Assembly: GCA_033442325.1 (NCBI GenBank)
Contig: JAWQFM010000030.1
Coordinates: 228,750 to 292,749, forward strand
Source of the DNA: Salpingoeca rosetta
Taxonomy: Eukaryota; Protista; Choanoflagellata
Reading direction: 5' to 3'
DNA: 64,000 bases
Shown here: positions 1-28,894 of the stretch, in pieces
How the letters are laid out: each line of letters opens with the position of its first letter
Position numbering within the stretch: the stretch's first letter is position 1
Notes under the pieces: generated by a model
Database searches by the model: none
The model's input: the letters and a program-made list of their open reading frames with translations, nothing else
What the model was told of the DNA's origin: nothing
Position numbers and translations under genes: made by a program

Positions 1-89
<89 letters not shown>

Positions 90-111
90 AATAACAACAC
101 CAACACCGCAC

Positions 112-499
112 CTTTGAACTTGAGTTCGAGTTCGTACTCAAAGCCGACGCGCGGCTTGCCGCGGACGATGAGCTTTCGCGCCTCCCCATTGCACTTCACC
201 TGTTGTCGGTCAGATGCAGCAAAGCAAAGAGGCCATCAATACCACGGTTGCTGGTGATTGGGGAGGGGTTGCAAGCATGTCAAGACAATGGCAATACCAG
301 GCGAACGCACGCACACGTGCACGCACAAACAAACAGAGGTTTCACACACACACAACCACAACCACAAACGAGCAAAGGTTTCACATACACACACACACAC
401 ACTTGCGCACCTTTGTCACTTGGGCTTGAACCGGGGCGGCGTCCACGCTGAGGGGCTCGAGGAGCTTCGTCAGCTGCTCCGTCGCCCACTGCAGTCGTC

Positions 500-536
<37 letters not shown>

Positions 537-737
537 GACACGAGAGACGATGAGAGCGTGTGCATGCGAGTGTGCACGTGGACGTGAACGTGAACGAAGA
601 TGTGAGTGTGGGCGTGCGTATATGTGTTGGTTGGAGCTGCTTCGAAGCAGCAAAAGGCAAGTTGGGAGCGGCCCTGCACACACCTTGCTGACGTCGCGTT
701 CCTCCCATGTGCCGGCGCTGTTCCACTGCGACGCCAT
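112..737 (-). CDS. Activator of Hsp90 ATPase (Aha1) N-terminal-domain protein, 5' part; continues off the window start
   Basis: Exons 737-684 (MASQWNSAGTWEERDVSK), 488-411 (WATEQLTKLL...QVTK) and 199-112 (VKCNGEARKLIVRGKPRVGFEYELELKFK) have GT..AG ends and consistent phase. W.E.D.S.WA...L..LL and GEA....RGK....YEL.L are Aha1_N hallmarks. Confidence 0.85.
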
Positions 738-1481
738 TGTGCGCTATTGTCCGGGCTGCACAAAGGGGAAAAGACGGAGAGAGTGTATGAGTGTGAGTGT
801 GAGTGTGAGAGAGACAGACACGCACAGACACACACACACACACACACACTCAGAGCACTCACACACACAGCACACACACACACACAGAGCACCCAGAGCA
901 CACACACACACACAGCACACACACTCACACTCAGAGCACCCAGAGCACTCACACACACACACACACAGAGCGCACTCGCGTTGCCACAGAAGTCTGTCTT
1001 CTTTGGCGGACGAGAAGAACGAAACTGAATTCAGTCGCAGTGGAATACACCAAATTGCAGATTTGCGACAAACAACGGGAATCATTGTCGAATATTCTAC
1101 AAGTCGCATCAACGCTCCAACGAAGCACCAACCAAACCACAAACAACAACTCACCACCGCACCACCACCCCTCCTCATATCCCTCGACTATCGCATCCAC
1201 CACCCCCATCCCTTGGCCCCTCGAACGTCTGTGCATCGCGTCACATCAAGCAGCGGGCTCTCGAGGAACAGGGAGAACGAGGCTGTTGGAAACGAAACAA
1301 ACGAGCATTTGCTTTTTGCGTTCCAGTCTTCGCACAGCAAAAGCTGCTCTGAGCGTTTTGTGGCGGCGACCTTAGTTCACCTTCTTCTCCTTTTGTTCCG
1401 CCGTTGTTGAAGAAACCTTCCGTCGTTCTTGTTCGCATCACTTGCTGTGACCACGACTCCAAGCGACACGTCACATAGGCC

Positions 1482-5690
<4,209 letters not shown>

Positions 5691-5741
5691 GCAGCAGCGG
5701 TCACATAGTGGCTGTGCTATGGCTACTTGCCGCCACCACAA

Positions 5742-5782
<41 letters not shown>

Positions 5783-6065
5783 CACACACACACGCACACA
5801 CACACACACACATGCACGCACGTGCACTTGCATGCGCAGACATGCACGTTCCATGTGCCTTATCGATCCTGTCTTAGCGTCGTTTTGTCACATCATCGTG
5901 AACCTGTGCCTTGTACCGTGCCCGCACTGGTTTCTTCGTCCTTTCTTCGTCTTCTTTTCTTGCTTCTTTGCCTGCCTGCTTCCCTTCTCAGCTCTTGTGT
6001 CTCGTCTCGTCTGCGTTGTCTCACATCACCGTTCTCGCCTCTTGTAAACAGCGCTCTCACCAGCC

Positions 6066-6117
<52 letters not shown>

Positions 6118-6512
6118 GCTGGCAAGAACGCCAATGTCTCTGTTGGTGACAACATGCCACGCCCACAAAAAGTCATGCCGTGTCAGCTCGTGGCAAGTTA
6201 CAACAACCACATTTCCTGTTTTGGCAACAACCACGCACACAGTTACAAGAGTTACGGCCCTTGCCCCAAGACACACGAATAGCAACAACACGCGCGAGCG
6301 CATGGGTGCGAGTTACACGCGTGCGTGATGTGATATGCGCGTACCTTGCGTAACAACAACCACCGCACTGGTATGACCACGTGGCATACCGTGAGGCGGT
6401 GCATGCGTGCACCATCTTCGCACACCCTCCTCGCACACGTCATTTCCCACTCATCCTCTTCATCCGCAACTGCCACGCCTTCCCCTCAGCAACGACAAGC
6501 AGTCCATACGGC

Positions 6513-6788
<276 letters not shown>

Positions 6789-6800
6789 CTACCACCCAAG

Positions 6801-9087
6801 ATGGAACAACACACGCAGCAGCGTGAGGAGCGCGGTGTCACACCGACGGCAAGCACGGCAAGCACGACCACAGCCACCACCGCCACGGCAACGGCTGTGA
6901 AGGTGCGCGTGTTTGGCGAGCCGGTGGAGGAGGTGAACGCGCATGTGCGCCTGCACGAGCACGCCGACAACCACCTCTTCGTGTACACGGTGCCGACCGC
7001 GCACTCCACCTTTGAGGTGGTCTCCAACGTCGCTCCTGAGGACATCCACGGCTATGTGCTGCTGCGCCCCGGGCAGATGCGCAAGGGGAGCAGCGAGCTG
7101 GTGCAGATCACGCGCGTGGTGGGCGTGTGGTCGTGCGGCGTGTTTGTGCCCGCCGACGAGACCCCGGAGGCGGTGACCACCTCCGCGTGGCTGGCAAAGC
7201 AGCAGCAGGACAAGCAGGCGGCTGCAGGCAAGGGCCGCAGGAAGACGAAGAAGCAGGCACGCAAGGGGTTCTGGCAGACGCGCAAGGACAACGGGCCGTC
7301 CACCACCGTGCACGTGGTGAACGACCGCCTCTATGCGCAGTTTGTCAAGTGGCCGAGCATCGACCACCTCAACGGCCTTGCGCGCGACTGTCGGAAGGCC
7401 CTGCCAACCCCCGCCAGCGTCACCTACCGCGCCAAGGTCAAGCTGCACGGCACCAACGCCGCAGTGCAGGTGCACCCGGATGGCACGCTCGTCACGCAGA
7501 GCCGCAAGAACATCCTCGGTAACGGGTTTGACAACGCCGGCTTTGACGCGTGGGTGCAGAGCACTGCCGAGTCCTGGACAGCCCTGCGCATGCAAGGCAA
7601 GGGTGCGGTGGAAGGGGCCACTGAGGGCACACACGCCACGACCACCGCGACTGCCACTGCCACTGCCACTGAGAATGAAGCTGCAAGCGAAGCCACAGCC
7701 ACGACAACAACGAGAACGACGACGACGACGGCCACCACGACGACGACGACCACCACCACCACACGCACAAGCGTTGTGTTTGGGGAGTGGTGCGGCAAGG
7801 GCATTCAGAAGGGCGATGCCATCTGCGGTGTTGGCACGCGCGTCTTCTGTGTGTTTGCTGTCGGACTGCTGCCGGCCAAGCCCACCATCGTCGCCATCGA
7901 AGACAAGGACCATGCTGATGGAGAGGAGGGGGTGGAGGAGGCCGTGGTTGCTACGGGAGAGAAGACAACAACCACGACAACCACCACCACCACCACGACA
8001 ACAGCAGCAGCCACTGAAGGCGAGAAGGAAGCATGTGCGACCACCACCACCGCAGCAACCACCACCGCTGCCACCGCAGGAACCACGACAGCAACGACGA
8101 AGACGACGATGAAGACAATGTGGGAGGTTGACTACCACGGCCCGATGGAGGTGCTTGTCGAACCGGAAGACATTCGGCAGCATCTGCAGCCTGTGCTGGA
8201 GCGCAACGACGCTGTGCACGTGCTGCCGTGGCACGGTGATGCGGTGGACATCATGCTGGGGCGGGAGCAGGCAGAGGACGACAAGGACGGGGAGGATGAA
8301 GCGAAGACGGAGAAGAAGGCAGTGGAAGGAGGGGAGATGGTCGAGACCAAGGACCGGGTGGAAGGCGAGGAAAACAAAGGGAAGGACGAACAACAGCAGC
8401 AGCAAGTTGAAGATCAGCAGGAAGCTGGAGAACAACAACAACAGCAGCAGCAGGAAGCTGGAGAACAACAACAGCAGCAGCAGCAGCAGGAAGAAGAGTC
8501 GACGATGACAAAGCAAAAGAAGAAGAAGGACAAGGTGAAGATGAAGAACACGTGGCGCGTGCACACGGGCAACGACCACAAGGAGAGCAACGCAGCCTCC
8601 ATTGCATGGATCAACGAGGCTGTGGAGCGCATTGGCGTGCGTGACCCCTGGGTGCACGCAACCTTTGGCGTGGAGGGGCGTGGCGAGGGCCTTGTGCTGA
8701 CGGCGGTGATGGTGGACGGCGTGCCCCAGCGCTACATGCACCAGCACGCCGCGTTTATGTTCAAGGCCAAGGTGGACGAGCACGCGGTGAAGAAGCAGAG
8801 CAAGCCTGCGCAGATGAAGACGGAGGTGCCTGCCTCCATGACGGCGTTTGTTCGTGACGTGGCTGTGACCGCGCGGCGGTGCGAGCAGGGCGCGCAGGAA
8901 TGTGGCGGCGAGCGTGGTGTGGGCGAGGACATTGCCCGCTTCCTCAAGTGGATGTACATTGACGTGCAGAAGGAGTGCATCCCTGAGCTTGAGGCTGCTG
9001 GTCTCACCTGGAAGCAGGCTCGCCCCCACATCTCCAACGCTGCAAAGCGCTGGTGGTTTGCTGAGCCGGACGGCGACGACGACGAGT

Positions 9088-9089
<2 letters not shown>
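6801..9089 (+). CDS. ATP-dependent RNA ligase, Rnl2-like nucleotidyltransferase, single exon, with N-terminal OB/tRNA-binding-like domain
   Basis: Uninterrupted ORF from ATG 6801. Motif I AKVKLHGTNAAV, Ia QSRK, III VVFGEWCGKGIQKG, IIIa FCVFAV, IV EGLVL and V FMFKAK occur in the right order, separated by T-, E- and Q-rich inserts. Confidence 0.88.
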
Positions 9090-9158
<69 letters not shown>

Positions 9159-9704
9159 CGTGTGTGTGTGTGTACTCTCTTGTGTGCGTGTACTCGTGTG
9201 TGTGTTCGCGCAATCGTCCGGTCACCCACCTCCCACCATGCTTTCCTCTCCACCTCTCTCTTCCACCCATCTCTGATGTCGTCAGTTGTAGTCCCCCATC
9301 CAATTCTTTTTTTTTATTCCTCGTTCCATGTTCCAAACACCATAAACTGCACAACGGATGGTCGTGTGCCTGCATGCAATCGAAGCCCTTCGCCACCGCC
9401 TTGTCAGCAACGCCACACTCACCACTCCCAACGCTGTACCGATGCTGCACGTGAATTTTGCGGTCCTTCCACTGCTGCTTACCGATTGCTGCAGTAGCGA
9501 CGGCAACCACACAACGCAACCCAGCCAAGCAAGCAAGCCACGCCATGCAATTTGCGGTAGAGCGAAACACCAGACCAAACACACACGCACTCGCGCGACC
9601 GCCATTTTCCGATCGACCAACACATCCATCCCCAGATGACGACGACGGCCATTATCAGCACCACTAAGAGGAGAGACACGCTGACGCTGACGAGGAGGAG
9701 GCCG

Positions 9705-12700
9705 ATGATGATGATGACGAAGGCTGCTTCCCGCTGGCTTGTTGCCGCGGTGGTCATGGCAGCGTTGCTGTGCCTGAGCGGCAGCAAACACCCCGCCACG
9801 CTCGCCGCGCCCCTGCCATCCGACGGAGATGATACCAGCACCAACAACAACAACAACAACGACAACGGTCCTGCTGTGGAGCGCATGACGTCTGCCAACT
9901 GCCACCACATCCCCATCATCCACGACCAGCTTGAGGCTCTTTCCCCGGAGGCGAAGGACACCGCAATGGCCAACATGGACTCCCACCACCTCACCGTTGC
10001 AGATGCAGAGAGCATCCGCTTCGGCCCCAACGGCGAGCTCGTCTTCGTGGACACGTTTGAGATCCCGCCCGTCGACGACGGCAACCAGGGCGGCGGTGGC
10101 GACAGCAGCAGCAACAACGATGACGCGCGCGTTGGCGAGGCAAGCGCCGCCGCCCACCGTGGCCGCCGGTTTCTCAAGGTGCACCCGCCAAACCGCTACG
10201 ACGCCAACGGCCTGCCCATCTACCACAGCCGCAAAGGGTCACGCAACGTCATCTTCCTTGACTTTGACGGGCACTGGCTGCCCGACGCCTCATATTGGGG
10301 CGGGTTCACCGCGGGCCCCTACGACCCGTCCGACGACGGCCTGGCCTTCAATGCCGTCGAGCAGGGCCAGATTGCGCTCATCTGGGCGCGTGTTGCCGAG
10401 GACTACGCCCCCTTTGATGTGGACGTAACCACGGAGCCATTCGACATTCAGACAGCCACCAGCATCCACGCCCTCATCACGGAGAGCGTGCAAGTCGGTG
10501 GCAGCCCCATGCCATATGACACGGCCGGTGGCGTTGCCGTGCTCGACGTCTTCAACAGCCGCTACCTCCCTTACTACTCCCCAGCCCTCGTTTGTGAGTG
10601 TGTGTGTGTGTGCGTATTTTTGACGTGTTCGTGTATTTGTGTGGATGTGTGTGTGTATTCTTGTGTAGTTGTGTGTATGTGTGTGTATTTGTGGATGTGT
10701 GCGTGTGCACGTGTGTGTGCGAGCTGTTTGTAAAGCTGTTTGTGTGCGCCTTATCCCTGTGCATCCCTTCCTCACTCACTCACTCACTCACTCACTCACT
10801 CCCTCACTCCCTCACTCACTCCCTCACTCACTCACTCACCGCCATCGCGCGTGCCTTTTCTCAGATTATGATAACCTGGGCGGTGGCATCAACGACTACG
10901 TTGCAGGTGCGTGAATGGTCTTGTCGCATGTGCATGTGTGCATGTGTGTGCGTGTGTGTCTGTCTGTCTCTGTAGTTGTCTTTGTGTCCTTTGCACAACG
11001 TTTTGATCTGTTGCGTTGCGTTTGCGTTCACATCCATCCCTCCAAACCACCACTGTACCACCATCGTCGTCTCACACTCCCATCCCCCACCCCCACTTTT
11101 ACAGAGGCCACGAGCCACGAGATTGGGCACAACTTTGGACTCAGCCACGACGGTTACTATGGCGACGAATATGCCGGTGGCTTTGACGGCAACTACTTCA
11201 CAAGGTGTGTGTATGCAGGAATAGCGCCCTTGCTTGTTGTGCTTGCTTGCATGCATGCGTGCATGCTTGTAAACGTGGTGTAGGCTTGAACTACGTGCAT
11301 CATCACACCTCCTTTCGTTCTCCTTCAGATCAATTCAATTCACTCACCATCCCTGAACACAACCTCAACCACAACCTCAACCACAACTACAACCACAACC
11401 ACAACTACAACCACAACTACAACCACAACTACAACCACAACACACCAGCTGGGCACCCCTCATGGGAACGGGTTACACGAGGGCATTGTAAGTCGATGCT
11501 GAACTGCTTCATTCTGCATTTGCGCGCATGTACGCTATGAATCGAAGCGCCTTCTCTCGTTTGCTCGTGACCTGAGAACCAAGACCCGCCTGTGTGCTCA
11601 CGTTGTGTCGGGGCGTGTGCGTCTTGCGTGTTTCAGGTCCCAGTGGAGCAACGGCGAGTACGATGGCGCCACCAACACGGAGGATGACATTGGCATCATC
11701 TCTGCACAGACCGGGTTTGTGGCCGATGTGGCTGGCGACCGGCCAGGCACCGCGGCTGCTGTGCGCTTCCTCACAGACACGGACTTTGAGGGCAAGGGCA
11801 TCATTCTGAATCGTGACGACAAGGACTGGTGGGCCATCACCCTGGCTGTGGACGGCACGATTGACGTTGTTGTGTCGCCGTGGTTCGCCCTGTCCCGCAC
11901 CCCCGGCAACAACTTGGACGTGAAGCTGACGCTGTACGACAGCGCGTCGAGCGAGGTGGACGCCGCAAACCCCTCCTCCTTTACGGAGGCCACCATCCAA
12001 ACGGCGCTGTTGCCTGCAGGCACGTACTACCTCGAAGTTGACGGCACGTACGACGGCAGCGTCATCACGTCCGATTATGGCTCTGCTGGCCAGTATTTCA
12101 TCAGCGGCAGCATCTCCCCGGGCCCGCGCACCACCGTCACGTACACCCCGCTCCCAACATCCACCACGACGCAGGTGGGCTGCAGCAACGACGAGTACGA
12201 GCCAAACAACCACTTCCAGGACGCCACTGCGCTGCCGCTTGGCGACACGGCGTTCTCCGCGCACCTGTGCCCTGGCGAGGCTGATTGGTACCGCACGCGC
12301 GTGTGTCCTGGCGGCTCCCTCAGCATCAGCATCACGTTTGGCACGGGCGACTTTGACGCCTTCCTGTTCTCCCCTGACGGCACATATGTTGCCGTGGGCG
12401 CAACAGACACGCCCAACGAGCTCGTGGCGTACACGGACAGCGGCTACGGCGGGTTCTACTATCTGGAGGTGTTCCCTTACTCTGGCAGCGGCGGTTACGA
12501 GGTGGCCGTCACCATCACCGGCTGCGACTTCAGCACGACAACGAGCGTGGCCACCACAAGCGCGTTCCCACCGCTCACGTGCCCGGAGAACGACCAGTAC
12601 GAGAACAACAACAAGAAGCGTCGCGCCTCTGACATCCCTCTCTCCACCACCATCTATGCCATCGCCTGCGAGACGGAGCAGGACTGGTACAAGCTTGAGA

Positions 12701-12954
12701 CGTGCAAGGGCGCGACCGTGACTGCGACCATTGAGATTGAGCCCAGCACCGTCGGCGACATCAACTTGTCCATTCGCAACCGCCGTGGCAAGCAGGTGTC
12801 CCTCACGCGCCTTCGCAATGGCGAGACGAGCGGTGTTGTCACCACCACGGCAGGTAGGAACGGCAACCACTATGTCACCATCGCCAGCAAGGACGGCAAG
12901 AACCCCATCTACAGCCTTGTTGTTGAGACAACAGAAACACCCCCATGCTCATAA
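9705..12954 (+). CDS. Secreted zinc metalloprotease (metzincin, bacterial reprolysin-like type) with C-terminal PPC-like beta-sandwich repeats
   Basis: Signal peptide WLVAAVVMAALLCLS. Exons 9705-10593, 10865-10906, 11105-11203, 11449-11487 and 11637-12954 are in phase. Motifs IFLDFDGH, VAEDYAPFDVDVTTEP, HEIGHNFGLSH, Met-turn WAPLMG, SQWSNGEY. Three modules with D.DW(W/Y), the last two preceded by D.YE.NN. Confidence 0.88.
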
Positions 12955-13578
12955 ACACAGGGAGAGAGAGGGTGTGTGATGTGTGATGTTTGTGTGATGT
13001 GTGATGTTTTGTGTGTGTGTGTAAATGTGTGTGTGTGGCATGAACTCCAGATTGCGTGTCACATCACAACGTGCGGTTGCTTGTTGAAGTGTTCTGTTGA
13101 TTGTGTGGCTTTCCCCTCCCATCTTTGTTTTGCTTCCGTTCCTCCCTTCCGTTACTTGACTACGTGAGTGCATGTTCAGTTCTCTCTTGTTCTGTTTCAA
13201 GCAAGAAGACTCCAATACAGATCTTGTGTGGGAAGAAGAAATGCGCAAGCGACGCGACAAACACAAGTGAGTGAGAGGTGAGGGAAGGAGAAGGGGGGGG
13301 AGAGGGTGAAGGCGTGGAAGGGAAGAGAGGAAAGGTGTCTTCTGCAAGCTTGCAAAGCGTTTGGGCAAGGCAAACAAACCACACGAACACACCATTTGAA
13401 TTTGGCGGCAGTTTTTGATGTTGTTGGGAAGACGACACACAAACAACAGCCGATACGAAAGCAGAAGAGGTGTGGAGGAAGGAAGGAGAGGTTGAGGACG
13501 TGCGAAGAGAAGCACGCCACCACCAGCCAGAGAGTGTGTGTGGACAAGGACACAAGCAGGAGAAAGAGACAGAGAGCG

Positions 13579-13613
<35 letters not shown>

Positions 13614-13683
13614 CACGCAACGGCTGCGTGTGTGCGTGTGTGCGTGCGCGTGAGTGGCGTGTGCCTTGAGCAGGGGCGGCACT

Positions 13684-25805
<12,122 letters not shown>

Positions 25806-25870
25806 TGATGCGTTTGCTTTTTGAGATCGATCGTAGCTGGGAGAGGTAGGAAGGATGATTTGACAACAAA

Positions 25871-25944
<74 letters not shown>

Positions 25945-26136
25945 CACTGCGAGGTACCACAAGATCTGTCCAACAGCCCATTACCTGTCGACGTCCAATT
26001 GCTGGTATCCTAAACGTTCACCGTATCAAAAGCTATTCTAGGATGCCGCGGGTAGAATAATAGCAGATTTTGGTCAAGGCACATCGTCCACAATCAGGTC
26101 CGTTCAAGGGTGTTGCCCGGCATGTTAGTACACAAC

Positions 26137-26209
<73 letters not shown>

Positions 26210-26939
26210 CCTCACACGCGCCCACTTCACATGATGTTGACTTCTTCATTGCAGCATCTGCACGACGACGAAAGTCCCACGCGTGGTCTTGAGAATGAAC
26301 AAAGCACACTCGTGCACCAGGTTCTCGGTCTTTGTTCTTCTCGTCGTTGTTTCCTGTCCTTCCTTTTTTGATGCTTTCTTTGCAGGCTTCATTTTTTTCC
26401 TGTCTTTCTGTTCTGTCTGTTCATACTTTGCCAAGTGCGCTCTCTGGCGTGCTTGCTTGCAACGAAGCTACTTCAGCTGTTCATACACCACCATTACACA
26501 AGATACCACTATCGCTATCATCATCATCAGCAGCAGCAGCATCAGCATGCTGCCTGAAGAGGAATGACCTCGGAGGAAGATGAGAAAGAGAGGTGTCACA
26601 TGCTGCTTCATCTTGTCTCGTACTTGCTGTGTCTTGTCTTTCTTCTTCATTCATGTATTTGTTTGAGTTGTACGTTTTGTTTGTGATTTGAATGGCGAAA
26701 ACGAAGCACACGTACGCGACACAAACGACAACGACGCTGAGGTGGAACGCCTGAACAGAACAGACTTTCAGCAGTCATCAACGAAGATCCCACACAAGGT
26801 TGTGTTTGGAAAGGGGGGATGTTGCTGGTGAGGACGGCCTTGAAACGTTGGCGGTTGCCGCAGTCGTGCTTTGCTGTTTTGAGATGCACACGGATGCCAC
26901 AGTGGCGCAGTCAGGGAGGATGAGGCTGTATTGCGGCGA

Positions 26940-27790
26940 CTAATCCTGCTTCCTCTCAGGGCGGCGGGCCTCCGCTTCGACGTGAATGCGCGCCGCGATG
27001 GACAAGATAACGCTGATGCGCTTGTCCGACGCTTCAGGGTCGCAGATCAGCTTGCTGAATTCGGCGTGCAATGTGGGAACTGCAACACCTCGCACTCTGT
27101 CGTGTTCCTCTTGTTCCAGACGCTCGAAGAAGCTGTGCAAAGCGTCTCTGTCGTCATACTCATCGATGAGCTTGAGGAGCTCATTCAGGGTCGAGGCCTC
27201 GTCTTCTGCAATTGCACGACAACATCGGCACCGGAACAAGCGATGAAACAAGAGGTGGAATGAGATAAATGGGGACAATCCAATTCAAAGCCAGACAAGC
27301 TGGACTACTCGCACACGCACACACATACAAACAAGCGCTTGAACTCACCAGCCCCCTCTTCGTCAGGCTTGAGGTCAACTGTCTCTGCTGGTGTCGCCAT
27401 GTCAAGTTCACGGTGAGAAATGGCATCTTGTGATACTTCACCTGTTCAACAACCAAGCAATCACACAGGCATGTGCACACACGCACATACACACACAAAG
27501 CAGTCATGCCTTTCACATGAGAACTACGGCACCAAATCGTGATCTCATATGAAATATGCGACGTCCGACATTCATAGATGAAATGCCAGCACAAACCACA
27601 TTCTCAAGAAAGTAACCAGATGACACACACACACACACACACCTTTGCTTTTCTTAGAACTGGCAGAATCGCTCTGTGGTAGGCGCTTGTTGTTGGTCCT
27701 CCCCAGTTTGGTTGGGACGGAATGTGTGGCGTGTCCGCTGATGGCGTGCTGTTCGCCATCTTGGCGCATTGCCATGATGAGGTCGCTCAT
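26940..27790 (-). CDS. Hypothetical 168-aa protein with an acidic, helical C-terminal half; possibly a truncated gene or element remnant
   Basis: Exons 27790-27643, 27441-27349 and 27205-26940 have GT..AG ends, both introns are phase 1, and they total 507 nt: MSDLIMAMRQ...EDEASTLNELLKLIDEYDDRDALHSFFERLEQEE...RKQD*. No recognised family. Confidence 0.5.
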
Positions 27791-28894
27791 GATTGTCGCG
27801 CGTTGCGTGTTTGTTCGCCGCGACAAGCAAATGGTAGCAAGGGGTAAAGGCGGGTGAGTGGTCGTTGTAGCTTGGTCTTGACGTTTGCACTTGCCACTGT
27901 TGATTGTGGATGCAGAGCGCAGATGAGGAAATGAAGCGACGGCACAGAGACACGCAACCACACCACAGCCCTGGCGTGGAAAGAAGTGGTCCTAAGAATC
28001 CGTTACGTGCAAAGGTTTTGCTCTTCCTGCAATTATTTCTACCGTGTTTGACGCAAGCAACAGCTCATGCCGCGCGGTGAGAATCCGTCACTTTCCCAGT
28101 TTGGAACAGATGTCATCAGGTATCAAAAAAGGAGTGAGCCAATTCCGACTTCGTCACCGTGGCCAAATTCTGCCTCGACACCTCCTGCTTGAGAACATCG
28201 CTTTGATACCCGGGCAACCACAGAGGGGGAAAACAAGCTCTAAGTGCATGTGGGCAAGGAAGGGTGGATATGGAAGTTATCTTTTGAAAGCTGTGACATG
28301 GACGGCATTGCACAGTAGAGCTGGCATTGTTTCGTGTTCCCAAGTAGCCATTCACATGTCACAGCTGACGATGGAAGATTTCGGACCTTCGCAACCCAAC
28401 TACAAAGGTTCGAGAAAAAAAAGTGCTGGAAGTGTTTCCCACCCGAAGGTTGCAGAAGCCGTCCTGAGCGGTGTGTGTGTTTGTGCGTGTGTCTGTGTGC
28501 GTGTGTCTGTGTGCGTGTGTGTGTCAGCTTGTTGTTTGTGAGCTTGTCAACAAGCAGCCTGTCCTTGCCCTGAACAGACACAGTGCAAGCATACACAAGC
28601 CACAACAGCACAACTCGAAAGCGAAAACTCGTATCGGCCTTTCTGTCGTCTGTGTGTGACCACACAGACACACAACGATCAACACCACGAATAACCTGCA
28701 CCATAAACACGCAACCCTCTCTTTACAAACAGCACAATCAACAGGCAAGCAAGGTAGGGCAGACTCAATCAATCAATACAATCAATCTAGTATCGGCCAG
28801 TGGAGTCACTGCTAGCGTGCCGCCTCGCCTGTCATTCGTGCTGCGACGACCAAAACGCCCATCGGTGACCAACCTCTTGCTACCACGAGCCGCT

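Noticed and set aside
6141-6228. RFX/X-box-like half-sites (TGACAAC, TGGCAAC) upstream of the RNA ligase
   Set aside because: 7-mers in AAC-rich sequence are expected by chance, and there is no full palindrome.
6789-9029. 746-aa antisense ORF over the RNA ligase, and the similar 453-aa ORF at 11509-12870
   Set aside because: Shadow ORFs caused by high GC3 codon bias on the coding strand; no recognisable motifs.
28044-28541. 165-aa ORF upstream of the MazF-like gene
   Set aside because: Non-ATG start, no recognisable motif, and it ends in a GT microsatellite.
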